This document shows, piece after piece, positions 17,962 through 28,172 of a stretch of 57,757 nt of DNA. The DNA is taken from positions 1 to 57,757 of the forward strand of contig CAYRJZ010000006.1 of NCBI GenBank assembly GCA_964424775.1, given 5' to 3'. Both the position numbers and the translations under genes were made by a program. How positions within the stretch are numbered: position 1 is the first letter of the stretch; the number at the start of each line of letters is the position of its first letter. This DNA is from an uncultured Gammaproteobacteria bacterium (lineage in GTDB: Bacteria; Patescibacteriota; Microgenomatia; Levybacterales; UBA12049). The notes under the pieces are model-generated. The model made no database searches and was not told where the DNA came from. It was given only the letters and a program-made list of their open reading frames with translations.

Positions 17962-18924
17962 TTATTGATGTGAAGGTGGGGGAACACCAAGTCTTTTTAA
18001 GGAAAGATCCAGAAAATTTCGCATTTCTTCTCGTCTATTTTCACTATTTAAGAGAATACCGATAATGTGATGTCCTTCATAGTCAAGATAGGAGACAAGG
18101 CACATCCCAGCTTCAGGAGTAAATCCAGTCTTTACTCCTTTCACTCCGGGATACGTCGTCAGGAGATTGGTCTCGTTAAAGAGATGAAATTCTTTATGCC
18201 TGTCATTTGCCGGTATAATGTATTCATACGTTGAGACTATCTTTCTCATTTCTGGATAATTACTTAACATATATCTTGTCATGACCAATAAATCATAGGC
18301 TGTTGTATATTGCACGCCATCTCCTTGCAGACCTGAAGGGTTGCTAAATTTTGTATCAGAAAGACCGAGTGACTTTGCCTTATCATCCATTGCTTTTAAA
18401 AACGCCTCTCGACCTTGCGGGTGATTATGCGCGAGTACTTCGGAGGCGTCATTACCTGAATTGAGCATCAGTCCATAAAGTAACTCTTCAAGTGTGAGTA
18501 TTTCACCAGCTTCAAGTCCCATACTATCTTCACCGACGAGATCCACTGAACGAACAATATACCTATCATTTTCCTTTCTATTTTCCAGTGCCACAATTGC
18601 CGTCATTATTTTAGTAAGTGAAGCCATAGGCATTTTCTCTTTTGCATTATGTTCAAAAAGTGTTTTATCTGTAGTTAAGTCATACATCAGAACTGACTTC
18701 GCAGTAAAATCAGGAATTTCTTTTTCACTTCCCTGAATCTTCTCAATAAAAGGAAGCCATACATCTATCAAGGTAACTTGTGAGTTTTCACTACGAGTAA
18801 GAAAAGAAGGAAGAGGGGATTCATAAGAAGTATCAGATGACGTTCCATTAAAAAAAAATGAATAGATAAGTACCAGAAGGAGGGAGCATAGACTGATAGA
18901 CAGCAAGTACCAGAGTCGCTTCAC
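17962..18924 (-). CDS. D-alanyl-D-alanine carboxypeptidase (peptidase S11)
   Basis: SLTK (SxxK), SGN (SxN) and KTG motifs; N-terminal TM. Confidence 0.93.
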   Translation of the reverse strand: MKRLWYLLSISLCSLLLVLIYSFFFNGTSSDTSYESPLPSFLTRSENSQVTLIDVWLPFIEKIQGSEKEIPDFTAKSVLMYDLTTDKTLFEHNAKEKMPMASLTKIMTAIVALENRKENDRYIVRSVDLVGEDSMGLEAGEILTLEELLYGLMLNSGNDASEVLAHNHPQGREAFLKAMDDKAKSLGLSDTKFSNPSGLQGDGVQYTTAYDLLVMTRYMLSNYPEMRKIVSTYEYIIPANDRHKEFHLFNETNLLTTYPGVKGVKTGFTPEAGMCLVSYLDYEGHHIIGILLNSENRREEMRNFLDLSLKRLGVPPPSHQ

Positions 18925-18992
18925 CAGAATATTTTATCAGGTAAATGGAAAATCACCAACCTCATCAGACTTGATATAATTAAGCAAAACCT

Positions 18993-19820
18993 ATGAAAAA
19001 TTCATTGCAAATTATTTCTTATAATGTCTTTGGTTCACCTTTCCATGGTGAAAGAATTCTTAAAACTTTCCTCAAAACGAAAATAAGAAAAAGATTTCGA
19101 CTTATTGCGCAGGAAATTAATAAAAGAGAAACAGATATCATCTTTTTTCAAGAAGTCCATACATACCCGCATCTCTTTGTCCTAAAAAAAGCGCTATCTC
19201 AGACATACAAAGTCTACTTTCAACCCGGTATTTTTGGACCAAAAGGAGGACTGGTAACTTTTTCAAAGTTAAAATTTACAAAAAAAATATTTATTGATTT
19301 TGCAGAAAAAGGTGCTCTTTGGAATAAATCAGTAACAGGCCCTCTTACCCAAAAAGGCATGCTTCTTTTAAAAGAAAATGGAAGTAATCTCTGGTTCATA
19401 AATACTCATCTTACGCAAAATTCAAAAGGGAACTGGAATGAAAAAAGCATTTATACAAAATTACTTACATCTCAATTAAAACAGTGTGCATCATTGGTAA
19501 ATTCACTTAAAAATAAAAATTACAATGCCATAATTGGTGGAGATTTTAATACCCCTGCAACATCTCACCTCTACCAGGCATTTTTGAATGATGCCAATGT
19601 AGTTGATGTTTTTGAAGAAGACACTACATCAACATTTATTGTGTGGTTTGATGATATAAAATTTTCGGAACGCCTTGATTATATTTTTTATACAAAGAAT
19701 GCAGGAATAAGTGTTCATGATAAAAAGCTGCTTTTTACAGAACCTTTAAAAATAGATAAGGGAGATGAACAACTCCTATCAGACCATGTGGCACTTGAAG
19801 TAAGACTCACACTTTCCTAA
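18993..19820 (+). CDS. Endonuclease/exonuclease/phosphatase (EEP) family protein
   Basis: SYNV, FQEV, NTHL, GGDFN, LDYIF and SDH motifs. Confidence 0.9.
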   Translation: MKNSLQIISYNVFGSPFHGERILKTFLKTKIRKRFRLIAQEINKRETDIIFFQEVHTYPHLFVLKKALSQTYKVYFQPGIFGPKGGLVTFSKLKFTKKIFIDFAEKGALWNKSVTGPLTQKGMLLLKENGSNLWFINTHLTQNSKGNWNEKSIYTKLLTSQLKQCASLVNSLKNKNYNAIIGGDFNTPATSHLYQAFLNDANVVDVFEEDTTSTFIVWFDDIKFSERLDYIFYTKNAGISVHDKKLLFTEPLKIDKGDEQLLSDHVALEVRLTLS

Positions 19821-19844
19821 GAAGATTTTGGTAATATAGAGACT

Positions 19845-20618
19845 ATGGATCTATTACAAGCTATTATTCTCTCAATTGTTGAAGGTATAACAGAATTTCT
19901 TCCGATCTCATCAACTGGACATCTCGTTCTTACCGCTCATGCACTATCCATTGCACACACAAATTTTGTAAAAAGTTTTGAAATTATTATCCAATTAGGT
20001 GCCATTTTGTCTATTATTACTTTGTACCTTCGAACACTTCTCCAAAAATTCGTCTTGTGGAAATCACTTATAATCGCATTTATACCAAGTGGCATTGTAG
20101 GCTTCACATTATACCCAGTTATCAAAAATGTTCTTATTGGCAATCCACTTATTACTGTTATTGCATTAATTCTTGGAGGAATATTACTCATTCTCATTGA
20201 AAAATTCTACACAGAAAAAGAGAATGCTGTTGAAAAAGTAGAGAAGATAACTTCAAGACAGGCAATTATTATCGGTGTTGCACAAGCATTCTCGGTCATT
20301 CCAGGTGTGTCCCGGGCTGGCGCGACAATTGTGGGTGGACTACTCACAGGAGCAACAAGAAAAACAGCTGTTGAGTTCTCTTTTCTTTTAGCTATCCCAA
20401 CGATGATGGGCGCAACGACACTTGATCTTATTGAAAGTGATCTCGCATTTAGTAATCAAGAATGGATGATACTCGGCGTGGGATTTGTTACGTCATATAT
20501 AGTTGCTCTTTTTGCTGTAAAGTGGCTTTTAAAATATGTCCAAAACCACTCCTTTATAGGATTTGGTATCTATAGAATATTATTTGGATTAATCTATTGG
20601 ATAATATATCTTCGCTGA
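19845..20618 (+). CDS. uppP: Undecaprenyl-diphosphate phosphatase
   Basis: VEGITEFLPISSTGH, IQLGAIL and PGVSRAGAT motifs. Confidence 0.96.
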   Translation: MDLLQAIILSIVEGITEFLPISSTGHLVLTAHALSIAHTNFVKSFEIIIQLGAILSIITLYLRTLLQKFVLWKSLIIAFIPSGIVGFTLYPVIKNVLIGNPLITVIALILGGILLILIEKFYTEKENAVEKVEKITSRQAIIIGVAQAFSVIPGVSRAGATIVGGLLTGATRKTAVEFSFLLAIPTMMGATTLDLIESDLAFSNQEWMILGVGFVTSYIVALFAVKWLLKYVQNHSFIGFGIYRILFGLIYWIIYLR

Positions 20619-20731
20619 ACATTTCACTTCACTATAAGACAATACTTGACGGATAAATGAATACCTTATATACTCTCTAAGCTCAGGTTACCTGTCCCTC
20701 TTACCTCTGCCTGCCCCAATCAATTATCCAT

Positions 20732-22180
20732 ATGGTAGATAGAATAAAACGCCTCCGTCATTTTAACGTGCAAAACACATACAAATCTATAACTTCTTCA
20801 CCACGATACCGAAGAAGTATTTCTTTTATTCAACGCAAACCATTTACTGCATTTTTCCTTACCCTCGGACTTCTTCTCCTGATTATGGTCGGTGGAACTG
20901 TAATAAATAGTCTCAATAAGAAAGAAACTACGCGTGAAGTCCCAGTAAAAGATGTATCGACCTTTAACATCGGAGAAACACCAACAGTAAAATTGCAAGC
21001 TCAGATTGAAAAGAAGGGAGTCATAACTATCGTTGCCCAGGCGCCAGGTGTTGTAAACACAATTCATGTCGAAGAAGGAGCGACACTAAGAGCAGGACAA
21101 AAAATTGTCTCACTCACAACAAATTACCAAGGAGGTAACGCAGCAGCACTTCAAGCTCAACTTGCAGGAGCACAAGCACGAAATGTAAATGAAACATACT
21201 CAACACAAAAAGATCTTATTAAAAAGCAGCGTGAAGTAGCAGAAAAGTCCAGTACAAATGCTGAAGAACTTCGGCGAATTTCCCAAGATTCAGCAGGGGA
21301 TACACGTGAGCTCCTTGATCTCAATGAAGACATCCTCGAAAGACTAACCGATGCATTAGAACAAGCAGAAAATAGTGGTGATGAATCAGCAATTGCTGCT
21401 GCTCAACAAGCAGTAGCACCTGTGCAAGCAGGAGTTGTTCAGCTTAGAGGAACTCTTCGCAACCTTGAATATCAAGGAAATAATGAAAAACCAGGGGCAG
21501 AGTTGGCAAATCTACAAAAAGACATCGCCCTCAAACAACTGGATGTACAAGAAAAAGCTATTGATCTGGGCAGACAAGTAGCAGGTATTCAGTATAACTT
21601 AGCGCTCGTTCAAGAAGGACTTATGCATCCTTCAGCTCCATACCCTGCGGTTGTTGAGCGAATCTTTGTTCAAAAAGGACAAGTAGTGAACCCTGGTACG
21701 CCTATTGCAATTGTTAGGTGTCTTGATATTGCAACTTCTGCAATTCTAAGAGCACCTCGAGATATCGCACTCTCTATTTCACGTGTTGAACCAACGACAT
21801 TTACTTTTAATAGACAGCAAGTTCGTGCTGTTCCAAGTTATGTCTCAACTATTGCAACAGATGGACAACTTCACACCATTCTGTATAACCTTCCAGATGG
21901 TGCATCCAATTCAACCAATCTTGAATTTGTCCCTGTTGAAGTACCGATTGTCTCAAGTAGAAGTGCAACAACAATTCCATATATTCCAATTGATGCTGTT
22001 TTCCAAAGTCAGGAAGAGTCAACAGTGAATATCGTTAATGATGGAAAAGTGACATCACGAACTATTGAACTTGGAACTGTGTATGGAAGCTTTGTTGAAG
22101 TGCTTTCCGGTCTCAACAGAGGAGATAAAGTCATTCTCAATAGAAATGTTGTTGTTGGCGATAAAGTTCGCCTCGAGTAA
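20732..22180 (+). CDS. RND efflux periplasmic adaptor (membrane fusion protein)
   Basis: TM, lipoyl halves (APGVVNTIHVEEGA; APYPAVVERIFVQKGQ), long coiled hairpin; upstream of AcrB-like gene. Confidence 0.8.
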   Translation: MVDRIKRLRHFNVQNTYKSITSSPRYRRSISFIQRKPFTAFFLTLGLLLLIMVGGTVINSLNKKETTREVPVKDVSTFNIGETPTVKLQAQIEKKGVITIVAQAPGVVNTIHVEEGATLRAGQKIVSLTTNYQGGNAAALQAQLAGAQARNVNETYSTQKDLIKKQREVAEKSSTNAEELRRISQDSAGDTRELLDLNEDILERLTDALEQAENSGDESAIAAAQQAVAPVQAGVVQLRGTLRNLEYQGNNEKPGAELANLQKDIALKQLDVQEKAIDLGRQVAGIQYNLALVQEGLMHPSAPYPAVVERIFVQKGQVVNPGTPIAIVRCLDIATSAILRAPRDIALSISRVEPTTFTFNRQQVRAVPSYVSTIATDGQLHTILYNLPDGASNSTNLEFVPVEVPIVSSRSATTIPYIPIDAVFQSQEESTVNIVNDGKVTSRTIELGTVYGSFVEVLSGLNRGDKVILNRNVVVGDKVRLE

Positions 22181-22207
22181 TTCCTGTACGAACAGTGACC
22201 TATATGT

Positions 22208-25200
22208 ATGACAGACTTACAATTTTTAAAAAAACTACAATTTGATGAGAAGCTAAGTAATTCTTTTATTGGGAAATATCTCTCCAACCCTCGACTTCTT
22301 ATTCTTTTTCTTTTAGCAATTCTCGTTGTCGGTCTCAGCAGTTACTTTAATCTCCCAAGACGACTCAACCCAGAAATTCAAATTCCCATAATTGTTGTGT
22401 CAACAGTACTTCCCGGTGCAAGCCCTGAAGACATTGAGTCTCTTGTTACAGAGCCACTTGAAAGTAATGTAACCGGTATAACTGATGTCAAACAAGTTTC
22501 CTCTACCTCTCGAGAGAATGTGTCAGTCATTCAAATTGAATTTCAGTCTGGAATTGATCCTGAAAAGTCAAGAACAGATGTTCAGTCTGCCATTGATCAG
22601 GTGGAATTGCCAGAAGATGCACAAGCACCTCGGGTGCAGAAAATAGACTTTGAAAATCAACCAGTCTGGTCATTTGCACTCATTGGAAAGGGTGATGTTG
22701 CAAGTCTCACACAATTTGCAAAAAATCTCCAAGACGAGTTAGAGAATATTCCAACTATTAAAGACGCTCAAGTAAGTGGACTTGAGGAACAAGAAATTAG
22801 TGTATTTATCAGACCAGAATCACTCACAACATATGACATCAATCCTCTTCAGCTGTCTCAAAGTGTGAAAACCGCGGTTAGTTCATTTCCTGCTGGATCA
22901 GTTAGAACAACTAATTCAAATTTTGCACTCAGTATTGATCCCTCAGCAACATCTATTGAGGATGTTCGAAATTTACAACTGAATGTTAATGGAAACATTC
23001 TACCCCTATCATCAATCGCAGAAGTCACAGAACGTTCCAAACCAAATCAGTTCCCATCTTACTTTGCAAATAAAGAATTAAATGGAGTCAGAGCTGTTAC
23101 TTTTAATATTTATAAGACAGACACAGCCAATATTGATAAAGCTGTTAAAGACAGTGAGAGAAAAATTGAAGAAGTACTCGCTAATTATCCGGGACAATTT
23201 GAAATAAAGACAATTACGAACGCAGGTGAAGAAATTAATAAACAGTTTGATAAATTAATTGAAGACTTTATTCTCACAACAGTTCTTGTTTTCCTCGTAC
23301 TTTTTGTTTTCTTAGGTCTCAGACAGGCAATAGTCTCGCTTTTTGCTGTTCCACTCACATTTCTTATATCGTTCTCTGTGATGAACATGTTGGGAATAAG
23401 TCTCAATTTCTTATCTATGTTCTCACTTCTTCTTTCTCTCGGACTTCTTGTCGATGATACGATCGTTGTCATTTCAGCTATGACTCAATACTTCCGTTCT
23501 GGAAAATTCACACCGCTTCAGACAGGACTACTTGTCTGGAGAGATTTTCTTGTTGCGATTTTTACGACAACGTTAACAACAGTCTGGGCATTCTTACCAC
23601 TTCTTATTTCAACAGGAATTATTGGGGAATTTATTAAATCAATTCCTCTTGTTGTCTCAAGTACACTTTTGGGATCATTTGTTGTCGCGATGCTTATCAT
23701 TCTGCCGCTCATGATCTTCCTTCTGAAACCTAATCTTCCACGTCGAGTTGTTATTTTTCTTCGAGTCCTTCTCGTTCTTATACTTCTTGCGATCTTTATA
23801 TCTATTGTTCCTAAAGGTCCGACGCTTATCTTTGCACTCTTTGCTCTTATTCTTTTCCTTTTTGTCACAGCAAATGTCAGACTTGCGCTAGTTAGAAAAT
23901 CTCGCACGTACTATCATGAGCAGCAAAAAGAATATACCGTTCTCAAAAATGCTCCAACTTACGTCGATCACGGACTGATAAGTTTTAATGGTATTGGACG
24001 ACGGTACAGACGCATCCTCACACGAGTACTCGAGAATAAAGAAAATCGACGTAAAACAGTAGCAATGGTCGTTATCTTTTCACTTTTCTCATATTTACTC
24101 GTTCCATTTGGTTTTGTCAAAAATGAATTTTTCCCAAGCAGTGATCAGAAGTACCTGTATGCATCTATTGAACTTCCCGCTGGGACTCAGCAGGATATTG
24201 CAAAAAAACAAGCTCTTGCCGTCCTTGACGTCATTCGAAAAGATGAAAGTGTTAACTATGTTATCGCTGATATTGGCCAGGCAGTAAACACGGGATTTGG
24301 AGCAGGTGGGGGAGATAGTAGTACAATTCTTTTTTCACTCGTCCTTCCAGAAAAAAGTGAAAGAGATCTTACGTCAATTCAGCTTGCTGAAAAACTCCGC
24401 GAAGACTTTGCATCATATACACCTGGAAGAGTAACGGTAACTGAAGTAAGTGGAGGTCCACCAGCTGGATCAGATCTTCAAATTCAGTTATTTGGATCAG
24501 ATCTTCGTGAATTAGATATTTACGCAAGTCGTGTTGAGGAGTATTTGGAAAGCAAAGAGGGAGTCAGTGATGTGTCCAAGTCAGTCAAACCTGGAACAAG
24601 TAAACTCGTCTTTATTCCAAATGCAAGGCAGTTAGCACTCAATAAGCTGTCGCAGGATCAACTCGGGCTTTGGCTTCGAACTTTTGCAAGTGGACTGCCA
24701 CTTGATACAGTTAAGTTTGCAGAAAACGGAGATGAAGAAAGAGATATTACCTTAAGATTGAGTAATACAACTCAAAACGTTGAAGACATTTATAAATTGT
24801 CAATTCCGACTACGACTGAGAATATTCCGTTATCAACGTTAGGAAGACTTGAAATGGAACCAAGTCCAACTCTTATTACGAGGCAAGATGGTGAACGAAC
24901 AATATCAGTGAGTGGATCAGTTGCAGATGGGTACTCTGTCAGTACACTTAATCAGGAACTCGAACAATTCGCACGAACAGATCTCAAGCTAAAAGATGGT
25001 TATACCTGGAAAACTGGAGGAGTAAATGAAGAAAATCAAAATTCTGTAAATTCAATTCTCTCAGCCATGCTTATCTCATTTCTCCTTATTGTTATAACGA
25101 TGGTAGTTCAATTTTCCTCTTTTAGAAAAGCAATTATTGTTATGCTCGTTATCCCGCTTTCTATCTCAGGAGTATTCATTCTCTTTGCTTTAACCGGCAC

Positions 25201-25576
25201 TCCACTCTCATTTCCTGCCCTCATTGGAGTTCTCGCACTCTTTGGGATAGTTGTAAAGAATTCTATTCTTATCGTTGATAAAATCACCGCCAATCAAAAG
25301 ACGGGAATGGAGTTCGTCCCAAGCATCGTTGACGCTGCAGAGAGTAGACTTGAACCAATTGCGCTGACATCACTTGCAACCATTATTGGACTTATCCCAA
25401 TTACCGTATCTGATCCACTCTGGCGTGGACTAGGAGGAGCAATTATCGCTGGTCTTTTCTTCTCTGGTACTATCATGCTTTTCTTTATTCCAATTGTCTA
25501 TTACTACTGGTTCCACCCGCAGGTGACTTCAAAAAGAATAAGTTCACGAAAAACTCAAAGAAAGACATCACGCTAA
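22208..25576 (+). CDS. RND permease, AcrB/AcrD/AcrF family
   Basis: Two large extracytoplasmic domains, GLLVDDTIV, GIVVKNSIL and RLEPIALT motifs. Confidence 0.93.
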   Translation: MTDLQFLKKLQFDEKLSNSFIGKYLSNPRLLILFLLAILVVGLSSYFNLPRRLNPEIQIPIIVVSTVLPGASPEDIESLVTEPLESNVTGITDVKQVSSTSRENVSVIQIEFQSGIDPEKSRTDVQSAIDQVELPEDAQAPRVQKIDFENQPVWSFALIGKGDVASLTQFAKNLQDELENIPTIKDAQVSGLEEQEISVFIRPESLTTYDINPLQLSQSVKTAVSSFPAGSVRTTNSNFALSIDPSATSIEDVRNLQLNVNGNILPLSSIAEVTERSKPNQFPSYFANKELNGVRAVTFNIYKTDTANIDKAVKDSERKIEEVLANYPGQFEIKTITNAGEEINKQFDKLIEDFILTTVLVFLVLFVFLGLRQAIVSLFAVPLTFLISFSVMNMLGISLNFLSMFSLLLSLGLLVDDTIVVISAMTQYFRSGKFTPLQTGLLVWRDFLVAIFTTTLTTVWAFLPLLISTGIIGEFIKSIPLVVSSTLLGSFVVAMLIILPLMIFLLKPNLPRRVVIFLRVLLVLILLAIFISIVPKGPTLIFALFALILFLFVTANVRLALVRKSRTYYHEQQKEYTVLKNAPTYVDHGLISFNGIGRRYRRILTRVLENKENRRKTVAMVVIFSLFSYLLVPFGFVKNEFFPSSDQKYLYASIELPAGTQQDIAKKQALAVLDVIRKDESVNYVIADIGQAVNTGFGAGGGDSSTILFSLVLPEKSERDLTSIQLAEKLREDFASYTPGRVTVTEVSGGPPAGSDLQIQLFGSDLRELDIYASRVEEYLESKEGVSDVSKSVKPGTSKLVFIPNARQLALNKLSQDQLGLWLRTFASGLPLDTVKFAENGDEERDITLRLSNTTQNVEDIYKLSIPTTTENIPLSTLGRLEMEPSPTLITRQDGERTISVSGSVADGYSVSTLNQELEQFARTDLKLKDGYTWKTGGVNEENQNSVNSILSAMLISFLLIVITMVVQFSSFRKAIIVMLVIPLSISGVFILFALTGTPLSFPALIGVLALFGIVVKNSILIVDKITANQKTGMEFVPSIVDAAESRLEPIALTSLATIIGLIPITVSDPLWRGLGGAIIAGLFFSGTIMLFFIPIVYYYWFHPQVTSKRISSRKTQRKTSR

Positions 25577-25580
25577 ACTT

Positions 25581-26084
25581 ATGGAACTTCGCAGACCTGA
25601 CCACATCGATACTGAGATAAATGACGAAAACCTTCATTCGTATGTTCTTCGACATAAAAAAGAAGTAAGTGCGCATTACTCCGTCCCTGCTCTGCCTCTT
25701 TCTCCTGAAGAAATTGAACTATACGGTTTGCAAAGAGAAGATCGGGATACAGGTACTATTTATAGAAATGATACCCATGAATTTCATGTAGATGAAAACG
25801 GGTTTATAAAAGTGATGAGAGTCAGAGAAGATGATGTAACTTCAGTCGAGTCATTTGAATATGACGAGCAAGGGTATATTACCAAACACGACATGCGCTC
25901 AGTAAGAGACAAAAGACCGGCTGGTGAGGGAGTCTATATTCAACACTTTTATGAGACACACGGCGGTGGTGACAAAAAACTCGCCGAAATGTATTTTACC
26001 TATTATAATGTCAATCCCCGCCTCATGCCAAACCAACTTGACAGTTCACGTCCACCTGTGAGAGTATTTTTTGATCGAACATAA
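25581..26084 (+). CDS. Hypothetical protein
   Basis: 167-aa hydrophilic ORF following the RND permease; faint YD-like FEYDEQG. Confidence 0.5.
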   Translation: MELRRPDHIDTEINDENLHSYVLRHKKEVSAHYSVPALPLSPEEIELYGLQREDRDTGTIYRNDTHEFHVDENGFIKVMRVREDDVTSVESFEYDEQGYITKHDMRSVRDKRPAGEGVYIQHFYETHGGGDKKLAEMYFTYYNVNPRLMPNQLDSSRPPVRVFFDRT

Positions 26085-26136
26085 TTTTTGCCTCAACTGA
26101 ACTATTTAGTATGTAATGTGATCCAGTAGATATCAA

Positions 26137-26165
26137 TTGACTCCCGAGTGATATTTCATTAATAT
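26137..26165 (+). promoter_or_regulatory. Sigma70 promoter TTGACT-17-TAATAT
   Basis: Near-consensus hexamers with 17-bp spacer, about 300 nt upstream of ATG 26468. Confidence 0.75.
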
Positions 26166-26184
26166 CTGCTCAGTGGGTATTAAC

Positions 26185-26205
26185 AGCCGACCGTCAGCGG
26201 AGGCA
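26185..26205 (+). promoter_or_regulatory. Leader motif copy 1 (AGCCGACCGTCAGCGGAGGCA)
   Basis: 18/21 identical to the minus-strand copy at 35255-35275; contains a CCG-N4-CGG hairpin. Confidence 0.7.
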
Positions 26206-26334
26206 AGTAGTTCAGTTTTTCCTAAAACTAACTACATCAGGCAACATCCCGAGAAGTGCACTAACAGCTGAATATATATTTGTATGCTCATTACCTGCCC
26301 GGTATCATACTGTCATTTGGTTGAAAATAACACT

Positions 26335-26377
26335 AACCCCTTATATCCGGTGTTGGAGGGATATGAGGGGTTTTTTT
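26335..26377 (+). terminator. Intrinsic terminator inside the 5' leader (attenuator candidate)
   Basis: 12-bp stem CCCCTTATATCC/GGATATGAGGGG followed by T7, between promoter and first gene. Confidence 0.8.
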
Positions 26378-26467
26378 GTGCTCAGAACCCCTCTCTCATT
26401 ATGTCCCGAGTTGAAGAATAATAAGAGGGGGGAGAATTTATCCTACCTATGAAAGGAGGTGAAAATA

Positions 26468-28108
26468 ATGAAATATACAAAACAATTTTTAGGAAGTTTT
26501 ATAGCAACAATTGCACTTTTTGCAGTAGTTCTCAGTCCAGTTACAGCTGACACACATACTGTAAGTTTTGAAAACCCTCCATATAATCCAGGGAATATTA
26601 ATGGTCAAGATAGTTGGACCAAAACTGGAACATATGATTCAGAAGTTGAAACAAATACGTATGGCTTTGCTTCATTCGGATCACAAACACTGCGTATCTC
26701 GAATGCAGTAACATCTGGAGCATTTGGGGATCAAACTTTTGCAAAACCTCTTTCTAATGGAGTTGGAGAAACAATCGCAACAAGCGGTTCATTTCTACCA
26801 GGAACCCGCCAAACAAAATTTGAGATGGAGTTTGATATTGCTTCTGCAATACCTACTGCTCAACAACCCGGCTTATTTCTCTCAATTTCTCCAGATAGGG
26901 GGGATGGATCTCGAATGAGTTACCTTGGCTTTGAAGATGTTTCTGGTGGTATTAAAGTGATATTTTATGATGTTCAAGGTACCTCTAATCCAGCAAATTT
27001 TGTTTTAACAGACTTAGGGACATACTCGAGAACTGAGACTCATAACATAAAGCTATCTTTAGACGCAGTTGAAGGCCCATCAAATGATGTAGTTAAAGTA
27101 TGGATTGACGATGTTCTTAAACATACAGGAACTAGCTGGGAAAACTATTATAGATATGATGCAGAAGCAAATGCAGAACAAACACCTAGAATAATAAAGA
27201 CAGTCTTGTTCCGTTCAGGAGGTACAGCTGTACCTGCTAATTTTGGAAACGGTTTTCTATTTGATAATGTGACTCTCACATCTTCTACGCCAGTAACATC
27301 TGTTAGTGGTGAAATTACAAACCCAGCAACTGATGGAGCTACTGTTAGCGGGATTTACAACTTTACAGCTACTTATGACGATGGTGACGAAGTAGATGAC
27401 GACGCTGTTCAATGGGCGATTCGCCAAGGAGCATGTAACGCTACAACAGCAACCTTATTCGGAAATGTAGATGGTCACAGTGACACATTTACATGGGATG
27501 GAGACTCATTCAGTACAACTCAAGACACAACTGGACTAACACCAGGCCAATACTGTTTCGTTTTCAACCCAACTGATGATGCCGGACAAAATGATGTTCG
27601 TGAACTTCGAACATTTATCATTGAAGAACCAGCTAATCCTTATGCAGTTCCTCTTGCTTGTCAAGGGAACGACGTCACCTATGGAACACCAATTGTTGGA
27701 ACTGAAGGCTCAGATAAAATCAGTGGAACATCTGGAAACGACCTTATATTCGCTCTTGGCGGATCAGACAAGGTCGATGGAAAAGGTGGACATGATTGTA
27801 TCGTTGGAGGAGCCGGAAGCAACAAGATTGATGGAGGCTCTGGAAATGACGTCATACTCGGAGGAGATAATTCAGACTCAATCGATGGAGGAAGTCATAA
27901 CGATAAAGTCTATGGTATGGGTGATAGCGATAGCTTAAAAGGAGGCTCTGGAGTTGACGAACTTTGGGGAGGAGATGGTGGCGATTCACTAAGTGGTGAC
28001 GCTGGAAACGACATACTTCGAGGTGAAGACGGTATTGACTCAGCCAAAGGTGGATCAGGAAATTCTGATAACTGTATCGCAGAATCAGAAAAGACATGTG
28101 AAATCTAA
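26468..28108 (+). CDS. Secreted protein with C-terminal RTX/hemolysin-type Ca-binding nonapeptide repeats
   Basis: Sec signal (…SPVTA), SD AAAGGAGG, about 12 GGxGxD-like repeats from GTEGSD to GGSGNSD. Confidence 0.8.
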   Translation: MKYTKQFLGSFIATIALFAVVLSPVTADTHTVSFENPPYNPGNINGQDSWTKTGTYDSEVETNTYGFASFGSQTLRISNAVTSGAFGDQTFAKPLSNGVGETIATSGSFLPGTRQTKFEMEFDIASAIPTAQQPGLFLSISPDRGDGSRMSYLGFEDVSGGIKVIFYDVQGTSNPANFVLTDLGTYSRTETHNIKLSLDAVEGPSNDVVKVWIDDVLKHTGTSWENYYRYDAEANAEQTPRIIKTVLFRSGGTAVPANFGNGFLFDNVTLTSSTPVTSVSGEITNPATDGATVSGIYNFTATYDDGDEVDDDAVQWAIRQGACNATTATLFGNVDGHSDTFTWDGDSFSTTQDTTGLTPGQYCFVFNPTDDAGQNDVRELRTFIIEEPANPYAVPLACQGNDVTYGTPIVGTEGSDKISGTSGNDLIFALGGSDKVDGKGGHDCIVGGAGSNKIDGGSGNDVILGGDNSDSIDGGSHNDKVYGMGDSDSLKGGSGVDELWGGDGGDSLSGDAGNDILRGEDGIDSAKGGSGNSDNCIAESEKTCEI

Positions 28109-28172
28109 TAGTCCTATCTATTAGCGTTTGCCGAATCGTAGATCGAGATTTTTTGAAAGGAGGTGAAATAAA

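Noticed and set aside
20707-20715. CTGCCTGCC half-site of the 20-bp palindrome upstream of the RND operon
   Set aside because: Only 9 bp with no second arm; could be chance.
22185-22198. TGTACGAAC resembling the putative LexA box (also TGTACAAGTACA at about 17701)
   Set aside because: Half-site only or wrong spacing, and not in a promoter context.
25581-26084. Possible YD/RHS-like repeat protein
   Set aside because: Only one weak motif; insufficient for a family call.
26238-26260. TCAGGC...GAAGTGC shared between the two leaders (also about 34997-35028) and three TCCCGAG copies at 26142-26410
   Set aside because: Short matches with different spacing; not convincing without homolog alignments.
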